A stretch of 63,804 nt of DNA, counting the filler, from Reclinomonas americana ATCC 50394 (taxonomy: Eukaryota), in the NCBI GenBank assembly GCA_048213135.1. It is 6 parts of 5 records of this genome, joined end to end, with 100 filler letters (N's around TTAATTAATTAA, not from the genome) between each part and the next. Parts side by side here need not be neighbours in the genome. Positions count along the whole stretch, not along the records: positions 23,494 to 43,698 come from PS015636.1; 5 more parts are not named here. The stretch is one strand, 5' to 3'. The translations under genes were made by a program, and so were the position numbers. Each line of letters opens with the position of its first letter. The first letter of the stretch is position 1. Of this stretch, positions 27,939 to 41,600 are shown piece by piece. Below the pieces are notes generated by a model. It made no database searches, was not told the origin of the DNA, and saw only the letters and a program-made list of their open reading frames with translations.

Positions 27939-30900
27939 CTCTCTCGTGCCCCCTGCCAGTCCGCTCACTGCATTCGCTCTCGCGCGCACGCACTCGCACA
28001 CACTCCACTCTCTTCTGCACACACGCGCACTCCTCTCTTTCCCTCTCATGCGTCCTCCCCGCCAGTCTGCTCATTGCATCCTCTCTCATTCCGACTTTCG
28101 CACACGTACGCACTCCACTCACTTTCCCACATGCTTCTCTTCTCCGTTTCTCGTGCCTTCTCGCATCCCCTTTCCGCTTACACAGGCCCCCGAACCACGC
28201 CCCATGACCAAGCTGCCGGCCAGACTCTTCCGCGATTACGCGCCCGAGGTCTTTCTCTCTCCAATGCACTCCTCTCAACCGGTGGTGGCTCACTTTAATT
28301 TCATGCAGGGCTCACTCCACACCATTCTTCGCACGTGCCTAGTGTGGAAGCAATCGCAAGGCTTGCGCGTGTTCAGCTTTGCCACGCTCAGCAAGCGCCA
28401 GCAGTATCTGGAGCTGCTGGACCTCATTCACACGTCGCTGAAGGTGTGTTCCTCTCGCTCTCTCTCTCTCCACGTGTGACCGCCGGCTGATCACCACTTC
28501 TCATCACTCGCAGGAGGCCAACCAAATGCCGTCGGTGCGCGTGTATCTCGACCCGCGAGTGCTCGAGGGCGAACGCCGCCGGTACGAGGAGATGGTGCAG
28601 AGCTTGGGTGCGTGACCATTCTGTCGATAGTTTCTCTCTCCTCATCCTCCTCCTTCCATGACTGACGAGGCCCTGCATGCGCACAGGAGGCGAGATGATC
28701 ACTGAGCCCTCCAGCGGGCGGAAGAAGAAAGGGTTGCGTCCGTGATGACCTGTCGCTCGCAGTTGACGCGCTGAAGATTCACATGGCCTGCGCAGACCCA
28801 CCACCACGCTGCTGGTGGAGCCGGATCCGCCGCACCTCACAGAGGAGGCCACGGGTGGTGATGATGAGCACCCGCTGGAGGAGCCGTGGCTACGTGTGCT
28901 GGAACGGACGGGAACGCAGAGCTACGTGCATTGGTGGTACTACCCGGACTCGTACGATGAGTGGCGGCCGAGTGCGGAGGTGCAGGTGAGTGGCAGAACT
29001 GGTTGTGTTTCGGCATCCGTCTTGTATCAGCGTGTGTGACTCTGCTGATTTGTTTTTGATCTCTCTCTCTCTCTCTCCTTCTTGCATTCTCCTGTGTTGG
29101 TGTACGCATCCTGCATGTCGCTCATTCAGATTGCACATGCACCACTCTTCTGATTTGTTTTTGATCTCTCTCTCTCCTTCTTGCATTCTCCTGCGTTGAT
29201 GTGCGCAGTTTTGCTCCAGGTCACACATTCAGATTGCATACGTGGCACTCTATTGTGCCATGTTGCCCTCTGTCCCCCTTCGCACCTGTGTTATTGATTA
29301 ATTTCCTTCTGAGTGTATTACTCCAACTCTGACGATGACCTTCTCTCCCTCTCCCGTCCTTCTCTCTCTCTCTCTCTTTCACCCTCTGCCTTCCCCATCA
29401 CCCTCACCTCTCTCTCTCTCCTCCCCCTCTCTCCTTGCAGGGCGAAGACCCCGTGCCGCCCGTGCACCGCGACGGAAAGCCTTGGCGTGTGGTGCGGCAT
29501 CCATTATGTCTCCCCGCACCTGACTCCTGTCTTAATTCCTCCACCACCACCACCACGCAGTACACGCGATACCTGCGCGACTCGCATCGTTTCAATGAAT
29601 GGATGAACGAGGAAGATTACGATCTGGATGCGGAGGACGCCGACGCCGATGCCGAGGCTGGCGTAGATGCTTCGTCATCTGCTCCGGTGGTGAGTCTATG
29701 TCCTCCCATCACCGGCGCACTTGCTCGTGTTTCCTTATGGGGTTTTCTCGTATCTAGCAGCGACGCTCGGGAAGGCCGCGCAAGCAGACGCAGCGAGTGG
29801 TGTGTTCTTTTGACCGCTCTCCGAAACACAATTCCCTGCCATCATTCTCACTGTGCCTCTGTTTGTATTTCATCTCAAGGCCGCCGTTGAGGTCAAGGTG
29901 TGTATCGGCATCGCGACTGCACATCGATCGCTCGTGGATCATACTTCTCATCCTTCTGCGCAGACGGAGGAGAGGAAAGTCGGTCGACCGCGCAAGCGTC
30001 CACTCACCACTTCCGGTGCGTTGTGTCTCCCTTTCCGCTCTCATGTCGTGCGCACACAATAACTGTGTTCCGGTTGGCAGATGATGAAGCCGACGGAGGC
30101 AAAGATGAACGCCCGAAGAAGCGACGTCGTCGTGCTGCTGGCCGCCGTGATGATGATGACGACGAGGATGGCAGCGATGACGATTATGTGGACGACGAGG
30201 AGGATGCAGCAGAGGAGGAGGAAGACGAAGACCGATCGATCGCATCGTCGGTCAGTGTGTGTTTTGTGCTCGCAAGAAAGTGATTCGCTCTTCCCTCAAT
30301 GTCGACAGCAGATGGACGTCGACGGTACCACAAACGTGCGCGGCACCCAGATCACCATCTCACGCTCCTCTGGCTCGGGAAGTGGCAGCGCGGCAGCGGC
30401 GTCGGCCGCGGCAGGCAGCAGTGGTGAGCGTGGTGTGCCCCAAGTCCGACCAGTTGTGGTTCCGTCGCATGCACGATGGTTCGAGCGCGAGGCCGTGAGC
30501 GATGTGGAGAAGACGGCGTTGCCGGAGTTCTTTGACAATCGCAATCCGCAGCTGACGCCGGAAATGTTGCGTCGCCACTGCGAGCGAGTTACACTGCGCT
30601 TCCACACACTCACACCCCGGGTTCATGCAGCTACATGAAGATTCGCAACTTCATGGTCGACGCGTACCGGTCGCGCCCAGAGGAATACTTGTCGGTCACA
30701 TTCTGTCGCCGCAACATTGCCGCCGACGCCTATCGTATCATGCGGTGAGTGAGCAGGTCTTGGTGCGCAGGTTGGGAGAGGTTGTGGCTCATGTCGCGCG
30801 CACGCAGTGTGCACCAATTCCTCGAGCACTGGGGTTTGATCAATTTCTTCGACCAGTTGCGGCGGCCATACTTCCCCGGTCCGCTCAGCTCGTCGACGAA

Positions 30901-32715
30901 TCCGTTGCAAGAGAGTGTGCCGCCGATGCCGCCGTCCACACTCATCTCCCCGCTCGTCAAGTTTGGTGCGGTTCCGCCGCCGCAGACGGGTGCTGGAATG
31001 GTGCGTGTTTTGAGGGGGAAGGTGGGAGGAGAGTGGAGATGTGAGCGATGCTGAGGCGGTAGTGCAGATTAGAAAAGTGCAACCCATGTCCAGCAACGAG
31101 TGAACGAGAGAGAGAGAGAGAGGAGAGTGATTGCACAACACAGACTAGCGAGCAGGCAGTGCAGTTGAAGTGATACAGAGGAGACGAGAGTGATCAAGCA
31201 GGCCTTGCAGTGATTAGCGATTCAGAACCAGAAGGTGCTTGAGTGGAGAGAGCAGAGAAGAGCTTTGCAGAGTCAGCCGAGAGGGATTGGAACACGCTGG
31301 TCGCCGACGACGCTGATGCGCGAGCAGAGAAAGAGCGATGCAAAGGCAGCCGTGAGTGATCGAGGGATGCAGATGAGCCAGCACGCCTTGCAGTGATCAG
31401 CGATTCGGAACCAGAGAGGATGGAGCCGAGAGAAAGAGAGAGAGAGAGAGAGGAGAGTGGGACGACGCAGGGGTACAAGAGTGATCGAGCAAACAGTAAT
31501 GGATGACCCAAGAGACACTTCAGGTCGAGATTACATGCAGAGATAACTATGAGCCAGCGATGAGCGAAACTGAGCCTTTGATGTCCAATGCAATGCCGCA
31601 CGAGCACATCGTGCGCTACGCAGACGTAAGCTGTCTTCTGTCATCTCATTCCGGTCCTCCCCCTTCCCCTTCCCCCTTTTCTCACCCTTCCCCTTCTCTC
31701 GCCAGGGAACCCCACTTCTCGCCAAGCGCGACATCCTCTCGTCGATGCCCAACCCGCCCGCCTTTATCAGCCAGCACCCGACGCAGTGGACCGAGGGTCA
31801 GACACTGAAGTTGCTGCTGGCGCTCGAGGAGTACGGCCGCGACTGGAGCAAGGTGGCCGAGGTGGTCGGCCGCACCGAGGAGGAGTGCATCTTCCACTTT
31901 ATTCGCCTGCCGATCGAGGATCCCACGCTGGAGAAGGAGCTGCAGGAGCGCATGAATCAGTACGGTAAGGCGATTGCACGAATCTCTTGCTGATGATGGG
32001 AGGCACTCATTGACCTTTGTTGCTGGCGCTTCAATAGGTTCCGCGTCGGGAGCGGCTGGCGCCAATGGCGACAGCAGCAACCCCGTGCTGCCGTTTGCCG
32101 ACACGGCCAATCCCGTCATGGCGCTGGTCACCTTCCTCAGCTCGGTTGATCAGCACGTGGCCGGTGCCGCTGCGCAAGCTGCCATTCGCGCCGTGGAGAG
32201 CGGTGGTGGCGAATCGTCATCGTCGTCATCTGCGCCGTCGAGCATCGAGGACATGGACATGCGTACTGCGGCGGCTGCCGCCCTCGGAGCCGCCGCCGCC
32301 AAGGCCAAGCGCGTGGTGGAGGCCGAGGAAGCCGGTCTCAAGGCACTGATTGCTTCAGTGGTCCAAAAGCAGATGCGCAAGGTGGAGGTGAAGCTGCGTG
32401 AGCTGGAGCGCGTACAGAACCTTGCCGTGCAGGAGCGACAGCAGCTGCGCACGATGCGCACCTCGCTAATCGCCGAGAGGATGAGTCTCAACGCACAGCG
32501 CCTGTCGCTGGAGCAGGCCGTGGCCCAGCTGCGTCAGCAACAACAGTCGGCTTCCGCTGCCCTCCCACCACCACCACCTCCGCCGCCGCCACCACCGCCA
32601 CCAGCCGCCCCTGCCGAGGTATGCCTCCGAGAGAAGAATACTCGAACACAGTCGCTCATTTCTTGTCTCCTTGCAGGTGTTGTCGATGGATGTCGACGCC
32701 TCTGCGCACCGATGA
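26654..32715 (+). CDS. SMARCC: SWI/SNF subunit SMARCC/SWI3 with N-terminal MarR-like/BRCT/chromo module, SWIRM, SANT and coiled coil
   Basis: [57 protein letters not shown] ([37 protein letters not shown]), SANT ([27 protein letters not shown]), [16 protein letters not shown] and QMRKVEVKL. Confidence 0.95.
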
Positions 32716-32835
32716 GGGAGCAGCAGGCCGAGTTGCGAGGAGCATGAATGAGAAGCTTGAAGGAGGAGGAGAAGAAGAAGGAGAAACACAATGAAATCCG
32801 ACAGTCGTGACAGCTTCATTCGTGTCGGAAATCAA

Positions 32836-33273
32836 ATGCTGTTCGCACGCGTGTGCACGGGCCTGTGCGCCGCCGCACTGGTGTATCCACGCACGCACAG
32901 AATGCAAGCGACAGAGAATGAGGTGAGGCAGGGGCCACAGAGAGAGAGAGAGACTGCATGTCTGATTCACACACATGTGCACGCACACAGGCTGCTCCTC
33001 CCTCGCCTCCACAAGAGCACTCTGCGCACTTGCTCTTGCCTGCGGGAAGTGTCGGCATTCTGCAGGGATCTCAGGCCTCCAACTGTGAGTGAGTGATTGT
33101 GAGTGCGAAAGAGTGGCAAGTGACTCTTGACTGTGTTCTCCTCAGATGCTCGTTTTGTGGCCTCGCAACCGGCTTCTGGGATGCTTTATGTGGCCTTGTC
33201 ATCAGTGCCGGTCGACCAGCGAGATGTGCGAGAGCGATTCTGTGCGCAAGTGATCGAGGTGCGCATCGCTCAC

Positions 33274-33311
<38 letters not shown>

Positions 33312-34979
33312 AAAGAGAGAGAAGGAGAAGGAGGGAGCTGACGTGCTGCGTGCAGTCGCTTGGACTTCGCGAGGAGGACTACAGCGATCGATTGTCGTCT
33401 CGACTTCGCCAAGTTCTTTGCATGCTTGCTTGCTTGCTCTCGCAACTCGTGTGTTGCATTTTCACTTGGCTCTCTGTGCATGCAGCTCTTCCTGCAGCCG
33501 GACTCTGCGTCCGAGAACAAGCGCTCCTCGTTGTCGCCAACAGACAAGCCTGTGTTTGAGATGCCGTTCTCGTCGGTGCACATGGTCGACCGTGTCAAGC
33601 AGGAGGTGGCAAAGGTGGCGCGCGAGATGGCGAGTTCTGGACCGCGTCCGTTCACGCTGGTGGTGGACGACTCTGACAGCACGGGCCTGCCTGGAGCCGA
33701 GCGGCAGCGGCTGCTGAGAGACGTGCGGGAGTGGACCACGGCGAACTCGGTGGTGTTGATTGTCGTCGTGACTGAGGCCCACCAGCTGCCGAAAGACAAC
33801 GACGCTGGCGCGTTGCAGCAGCTGGGCCACAGCTTCGATGCGATCTATCGCGTAATGGAAGGGACGGCACTGCAGAAGGATGTTGTTGAGCGACAGCAGC
33901 TTCTTGGTGGCAGCTCGGCGACGGCCGTCCACCTGCTGCAGGTGCCTCAGCTGAATGAGAGCGACGCCAAGCTGTACGTGCAGCAGGAGCGCGGTGTGGC
34001 GGACGCGTCGTTGGCGGCCAAGTATTGGCGGCTGATGGGCGGCGATCTCACGCTGCTGAGCAGCATCAACCCATCGATTTCGTATCGCGAGAACAAGCGA
34101 CTGGCGCTGGAGGGCATGACGAAAGAGTGGGAGCGCCTGTTGCACGAGTGTGCTGTGCGTCCGCACCGCCGTCGCTCCGACGCGGTCGTACTGAAAGTCG
34201 TGATGCTGGAGTGGTTCCGCAAGGTGATAGATTGCGTGTCGGGAGCAGGTCGACAAGTTGGCGCTGATGACTCCTGGCACAGATTTTGCTCAACGAGCCG
34301 ACGGCCACCCTGGCCGACTTTGCATCCGAGCTGTCGCGCCTGGAGTTCAACCCGGCAGCCATTTTGGGCGAGCATCCGATACTGACGGTGGTGGGTGACA
34401 GTCATCGGCTGGCGTTCTCTTCGCGGCTGGCCGCTCTGTGCGCCGTGCAGGAGTTGGCGCAAGAGGCGGCGGCACGGGCGAGGACGGCTGGTGAGCGTGG
34501 GATGCGTGAAGGAGAGAGAGAGAGGGAGGAATGAGAGTTGACACGCAGAGCGCAGATCATCACCCCGTCGTCGGCGTGGAGTCTGCCGAGTTTCACCGCG
34601 GCCTGCTCCATCGCCACAGCCAGGAGGATTGCCGCCGCTTCCTCTGCAAGAATGGATTGTGCGGTGCGGGCCCCCATGCAGACGCTCCGGGCGCCACTGC
34701 CAGCGGTATATTACTCGAAAAGGCTTGTGTCTCCTCCTGTTTTTCACTCATAGCTTTGTATGATTCGCCTGTGCAGACGAAGAGATGCTTGCCGCTTGGG
34801 GACGTGTGGCCGGTCTTGCAATGGCGGACAAATTGCGCGACTGCATTCGCCGTCTGCCTGCACCGACGCCGCGATGCACCCGCAGCGACGACTGCCGATG
34901 CATGGTACCGGCCATTGTGTGGTCCAGAGTGGTATACAAGCGCGAGCTCCGCAAGTGGAAGGCGCACATTGCAAAGTGA
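32836..34979 (+). CDS. Hypothetical multi-exon protein with a degenerate P-loop-like core, possibly organelle-targeted
   Basis: Long coding-like exons with GT-AG borders. Walker-B-like FTLVVDD is present but the candidate Walker A (GILQGSQASN) lacks GKT. N-terminus is Arg/Ala/Leu-rich and lacks acidic residues. Confidence 0.5.
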
Positions 34980-35096
34980 ATGGGAGAGGGGATGCTGAAT
35001 TAAAGAATGCGTAGCACATTTTCCGAGATGACAATCACGTGCAATAACTGCGCACATTTGCGTCACCGCCCCCTACTCCTTTTCTATCGCCCTCGC

Positions 35097-35940
35097 TCAA
35101 CCATTTTTCTGCAGAATCCCACGAACTTTGCCGAGGAACTTGAGATCCTCGGCGCTCTCCGTCTCAAAGTCGCTCCCCTCAAAGTCACCGGTGGCCGAGA
35201 GTTTGCCGCAGGTTCCAGGTCGTGGCTTTTGCCTGCAACATCAGCAGTGAGGGAGGGAGCGAGAAAGCGAGCAGTTGTGTGAAGCCAATCACTCACGCTT
35301 TGGCCTTTGGCAGCCACGACTCGACACGGAACGACTCGGCACTCTGTCGCAGCTGGCTCCCTTCTCCGTCATGCACACTGCTATTGTCGGCCTCAGAGCC
35401 GCCACCCAGCCCTTGCTGTTCACGCAAACCAAGCCACGTGCCGTCCTCCGAGCCAAAGTCCGAGTTGGTGGCCGTGACGAGCCGCCGTGCAGCGTTGTGA
35501 TGATGATGATGATGATGGTGGTGGCTATGCGCAGAGACAACTTGCGGCGACAACAAGGCACGAATCGGTGGTTGCATGGTGTCCGAACGGCCCACACTCT
35601 CCGCACCCTCATCGTCGTCGTCGCCGTCGACCGCCACCGATCGCGCACGAAGCTGCTGCAGCCCGTCGCACAGCTCGTCCTCCACGTCGGTGCCACACGA
35701 GCTGCCGCCGCAATCGCCAAAGGCCAGCGGTCGCGCAGTTTCCTCGCCGTCGGCCAGTGCTACCACTTGCAGGCACTGTCGGTGACGACCGCCGTTGCCG
35801 GCGCGTGTCTTGACTGGGGTGGTGGGCGCAGTGACGCCACTGGTGGTGATTGTCGTGGTGGTGGTCGTCGAAGACGACATGCTGGCGGGCGGTGGCACGC
35901 CGCAGACAATGGAGGCGATGGCGGAGGCGAGCATGACGGG
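35097..35940 (-). CDS. 3' exons of a low-complexity hypothetical protein (5' part across gaps, possibly including 37227-37544 and 38062-38545)
   Basis: Long open exon PVMLASAIASIV..ESWLPKAK spliced via GTGAGT..CAG to AQKPRPG..ILQKNG*. No family recognised. Confidence 0.5.
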
Positions 35941-36241
35941 CTGCGAGCAGAGGGGGAAAAGGGTGAGGAGGGAGGAAAGGGAGGGGAAGGGGGAAAGGAG
36001 GAGGAGGAGGAGGAGGAGGAGGAAGAAGAAGAAGGGAAGAAGAAGAAGAAGAAGAAGACGAAGAAGAAGGACGACGAGAAGAAGAACAAGAACAAAAACA
36101 AGAAAACAAGAACAAGAACAAAAAGAAGGAGAAGACGAAGAGGAAGAACAAGAACAAGAAGAAGGAGAAGACGAAGAGGAAGAACAAGAAGAAGAAGAAG
36201 AAGAAGAAGAACACGACAAGAAGAAGAAGAAGAAGAAGAAG

Positions 36242-36277
<36 letters not shown>

Positions 36278-38673
36278 AGCAGCAGCAGCAACGATGTCCT
36301 CTCAAGAAGAACAACAAGACCAAGAGCNNNNNNNNNNNNNNNNNNNNNNNNNNNNNNNNNNNNNNNNNNNNNNNNNNNNNNNNNNNNNNNNNNNNNNNNN
36401 NNNNNNNNNNNNNNNNNNNNNNNNNNNNNNNNNNNNNNNNNNNNNNNNNNNNNNNNNNNNNNNNNNNNNNNNNNNNNNNNNNNNNNNNNNNNNNNNNNNN
36501 NNNNNNNNNNNNNNNNNNNNNNNNNNNNNNNNNNNNNNNNNNNNNNNNNNNNNNNNNNNNNNNNNNNNNNNNNNNNNNNNNNNNNNNNNNNNNNNNNNNN
36601 NNNNNNNNNNNNNNNNNNNNNNNNNNNNNNNNNNNNNNNNNNNNNNNNNNNNNNNNNNNNNNNNNNNNNNNNNNNNNNNNNNNNNNNNNNNNNNNNNNNN
36701 NNNNNNNNNNNNNNNNNNNNNNNNNNNNNNNNNNNNNNNNNNNNNNNNNNNNNNNNNNNNNNNNNNNNNNNNNNNNNNNNNNNNNNNNNNNNNNNNNNNN
36801 NNNNNNNNNNNNNNNNNNNNNNNNNNNNNNNNNNNNNNNNNNNNNNNNNNNNNNNNNNNNNNNNNNNNNNNNNNNNNNNNNNNNNNNNNNNNNNNNNNNN
36901 NNNNNNNNNNNNNNNNNNNNNNNNNNNNNNNNNNNNNNNNNNNNNNNNNNNNNNNNNNNNNNNNNNNNNNNNNNNNNNNNNNNNNNNNNNNNNNNNNNNN
37001 NNNNNNNNNNNNNNNNNNNNNNNNNNNNNNNNNNNNNNNNNNNNNNNNNNNNNNNNNNNNNNNNNNNNNNNNNNNNNNNNNNNNNNNNNNNNNNNNNNNN
37101 NNNNNNNNNNNNNNNNNNNNNNNNNNNNNNNNNNNNNNNNNNNNNNNNNNNNNNNNNNNNNNNNNNNNNNNNNNNNNNNNNNNNNNNNNNNNNNNNNNNN
37201 NNNNNNNNNNNNNNNNNNNNNNNNNTTTTTTTCGCAATTCTCGCATGTTCCAGGAGAAGCGCGGGCAACACAAGACCTTCCAGCAGCAGCTTGCTGATCT
37301 GGAATGGCAGCAAAAGGAGAAGGAGCGACGCCGTCGTGAAAAGCGAAGGAAGAAGATGAGCAAGGCCGCTGCAGGAGGAGAAGACGACGACGACGATGAC
37401 GATGATGATAATGGAGCGCTGAGTGAGCAGCGCCGGAGACCATCGTCGCTTTCGTCGTCGTCGTCGGTGTCGTCGTGCACGTCGGAGTCGTCGGCGGAGG
37501 AGGAGAGTGAGGAAGAGGAGGAGAGAGAGGAGAAGGGAGCAAAGGTGAGGAGAAGAGAAGANNNNNNNNNNNNNNNNNNNNNNNNNNNNNNNNNNNNNNN
37601 NNNNNNNNNNNNNNNNNNNNNNNNNNNNNNNNNNNNNNNNNNNNNNNNNNNNNNNNNNNNNNNNNNNNNNNNNNNNNNNNNNNNNNNNNNNNNNNNNNNN
37701 NNNNNNNNNNNNNNNNNNNNNNNNNNNNNNNNNNNNNNNNNNNNNNNNNNNNNNNNNNNNNNNNNNNNNNNNNNNNNNNNNNNNNNNNNNNNNNNNNNNN
37801 NNNNNNNNNNNNNNNNNNNNNNNNNNNNNNNNNNNNNNNNNNNNNNNNNNNNNNNNNNNNNNNNNNNNNNNNNNNNNNNNNNNNNNNNNNNNNNNNNNNN
37901 NNNNNNNNNNNNNNNNNNNNNNNNNNNNNNNNNNNNNNNNNNNNNNNNNNNNNNNNNNNNNNNNNNNNNNNNNNNNNNNNNNNNNNNNNNNNNNNNNNNN
38001 NNNNNNNNNNNNNNNNNNNNNNNNNNNNNNNNNNNNNNNNNNNNNNNNNNNNNNNNNNNNNCGGTAACGGTAATTTTTGTGGGACATGTGATATCGAAAG
38101 GATGGCTGGAGAAGTAATTGCAAGGTGCAGGCCATGGGGGAGGGACTGCGTGGTGCCTGCAGCTTAGATAGCACAGTGCTGCATGCTCGATAGTGCAATC
38201 TGAAACCGCCGATTCGCAATTGCAATTGTGCTGCGAAGTGGATGCGGATCTTGAAGACACTCGAACTAGCCGGTTCAGAGGCATGCTCGAGGGCCGAAAA
38301 CCAGAGTACAGTGGGGAAGCAAGCGCATTGCAACGGTGCGATCTCTCGATCGATCGACTTCGATGCGATCGCAGCGAGACACCCACCTGGATTTGCAGAT
38401 CTGGAGCCCTTGCTAGGCGTGGACACTGTGCTATAATCGACAGCCACTCCGCTCCACCCATACATCCTCGTGCAAGCTTGCCGCTCCACGACGTCGCACA
38501 ATGCATCAGTTCGAATTCGAATTCCTCGCTAGTATCTAGCATCCATCGAAATCCACCAATCGCAATCTCCCGGACGCCTTCCCCAACACGCACGACCAGA
38601 AAGGCGGCAACTTCGCAACCTCATCTCTCGGACACCAAATTGCGTCACTTTCACTCGTCACCTCCAACACACA

Positions 38674-41600
38674 ATGTCATCGCGACCGCCGCCTCCGCCA
38701 CCACCACCACCACCACCCTCCGCCTCCTCCTCCATTGCCTCCTCACCACCCGCAGGAACCGTGCATCGACATCCGGCTCTGCGATTCGTCAACTTCAATG
38801 CAAGTTGGGATGACAAAAGTGCATCGCAAACCCCATCACAGTCGTCACCGTCGTCGGTGGCGACTGTGCCAATGCGAGTTGCTTCCTCTCCGGCGGCGAG
38901 CACCGCTACCACATGCACAACTGTCACTGATGGTGCGTGCGCGCGTTCTCCCCGACTGCTTGATTCTTTCACACACACGCACGCACGCACGCACACGAGC
39001 AACGATCAACAACGTGTTCTCTCCTTTGCTCCCTTGCTCTCCCTCTCTACTCACTCCCTCTCTTCTTTGGTCTCTGTGTCATCCATCACATGTTTCCAAT
39101 TTCAGTGCGCGCCACTGCCAATGGCGTGGAGAAGCGCACGACGTGCAGCTGTGCCGCGGACATTGTTGCGCTTCGGAAGCAGATGACGCAGTTGTGCGAG
39201 ATGGGTGCGTTGAGAGAGAGAGACGCGCTTGATGTGTGTCCTCACTCTATGCATGCCCATTGCAGTGACGCATCAGGAGCGCAGGAGCCGCCTGATTATG
39301 GAGAGCCTAGAGGTCTGTGTGCCCTCCCTCTCGCCTGTCTGCCATCCTCCCTCGCGCGCTTCTCATCATTCACTGCGCGTCGCCAGAAACTCTCGCGAGG
39401 CCAGCCGGTGGACTTTGCGTCGGCTGGTGATGGAGGCCAGCAGGCTGTACCGGCGGTGGTCGATGCACACCGCAAACGATCGCTGGAGGTGCGTGAGGGT
39501 GTGCGCTGCCTGTCGACTCAAGCGTCGGTACTGATTCCGTCGTCGACTCAGCAGCCCTCGCAGGCAGATGCAGCTGGTCGTGGCGAGGGCGAACATTCAC
39601 CGCCGAAAAAGGTGTGTCGACTGCGCAGCACGCACGCTGCATTTCTGTCGATGCACGCTTGTTTGGTAAACTTATTGTGCATGCGTAGCGCGGCAAGACG
39701 GGCCGTGCCGCGGTGGCAGGGAAGGTGAACAATACTGGCCAGCAAAAGAAGGAAAAACCGCAAGTTGCGCGTGTCTGCAAGTGTGTCTCCATCAATGCAA
39801 CGCACACATGTCGTAACTTGTCTCCTGTGCTGCTCGTAGCCGAACCAACGGAAAAAGTCGATGAAGAAGGAAAAGGAAGAGGCGGATTTCGTCGATGCCG
39901 GCAACAAGGTTGACGGATCGGTATGTTGGACTCGTTCGTGTGGTGGAGGGAGGACGACTGCAAAGTCAACGACCTCCTCTTGTGTCGTCTCTGCAGGTCT
40001 CTGGAATCGACCACGATGAGCACATGTCGCCGTCAAAGGTACGTCGATCAGCGCACAACGATCGACGCGATGATCCTCTTACCCTCCTCCAACTACTCGC
40101 AGAAATCCAGTCACGCGGCCGACGTGGAAGGTCTCAGTCGGGGTGACAAGAGGGTGCTGGAGGCGTTGCAAGTTGCGTTTGTGTGTGTGTGCTATGCATG
40201 TACCTCACCTAGGCCGCTCACCGCATGGTGTATGTGTGCGCTCATAGTGTTGCAACCGAAAGAGGGTATTGGTGAAGGCATTCGGCGTTGTGGCACCGTT
40301 TGTGCGGCCCGACACTGTTACCTGTCACAAGCACCTGCTGTGTGAAGTCGCTTGCGACGACTGCGGGGTGTGGCTGTCTGGATCGGAGCAGCTGTGGACA
40401 GCGATCATGATGTCCATGGGTCGCAGCCTCGACTCCATGGTCAGTCGTGCACGCCACAACATTCCACTGTCCGTAGAAGGCGTACTCAAGAGAATGAGTG
40501 ACTACATTGCGGTGCGTGTGTAAGTGTGCGTGGTCGTTTCGAGTCACCTCGTCAATGACACTGCCGTTTGCAGGAGAGTGGACTCCGTGGAACTGCACTG
40601 TCGGACGTTTTGGACAGTCCCTTGATTCCGTTGGACGCGAGTGGATACTCGGAGGTTTGACGAGTGCACGTTATGCGTGGGCGTATTTCATCGCTAATGT
40701 CCTCGGCAGGAGTCAATGCCGGCGGCGAACGGTGGCTCCCAAGAAGAGGACCCGCTGCGGGCGTTTATTGTGCTGGCCTCGGAAGCCATTCGCGAGTGCC
40801 CTGGCATCACAGCTGCTCTGGCCCGCGGCGGTTGCCTCTCGCCTGCGGAAATCACCCGTGCCGTCGAGTGGTGCAACTCGAGAGATTCGCAACCGTCTCC
40901 TGCACCCAAGATTGCAAAGAACAAGAAGTCGGGAGCGCAGGAGAAAAAGCTTGGTGCAGCGGCCGTGCCTTTGCCCAACGGCAACAGTGTGGCAAAGTCG
41001 GTAAGTAGGTGCCACAGGCAATGCTCTCGCCAACCATGCGCTGACCCCGTTGTTCTGCATAGGTTGATGGTGGCGCTCGACAGCAGCGTGCGGCACAGGT
41101 ATTGATTCGCGCGCACGTGTGTATGTGTGTGTGATTACTCAGCGCACCTTGTGGTTTGCACAGCCGCAGCCGCTGAGCGCAGAGGAGACGGAGCTATTAG
41201 AAAAACTGCTGGTATTTGCTTTGCCTTTTCGCTCTCCCCGAGATCCTGCAAGCGCTCAAAAAAAACCCTTGTGCGTGTATTGGCAGGCTTGCAATCGGAG
41301 GAAGATTCTGGTGCAGGCATTCGGTGTCATGGCACCGATTGTGCTCAAGTCCTGCATCTGCCGTCATCAGAGCATACTTTGCGAATTCGCCTGCAAAGAC
41401 GTGGGCATCCCGACGTCTGGAGCAGGATCTCCGTCACCCGCAGTCGTGCATGCGTTTGGTGATCGGCTTGGCGACNNNNNNNNNNNNNNNNNNNNNNNNN
41501 NNNNNNNNNNNNNNNNNNNNNNNNNNNNNNNNNNNNNNNNNNNNNNNNNNNNNNNNNNNNNNNNNNNNNNNNNNNNNNNNNNNNNNNNNNNNNNNNNNNN

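Noticed and set aside
35950..36330. Long poly-E/K/R/Q/N ORFs from (GAA)n/(CAA)n tracts, also 58343-58650 and 63420-63720
   Set aside because: Intronic trinucleotide microsatellites that stay open in several frames by composition alone.
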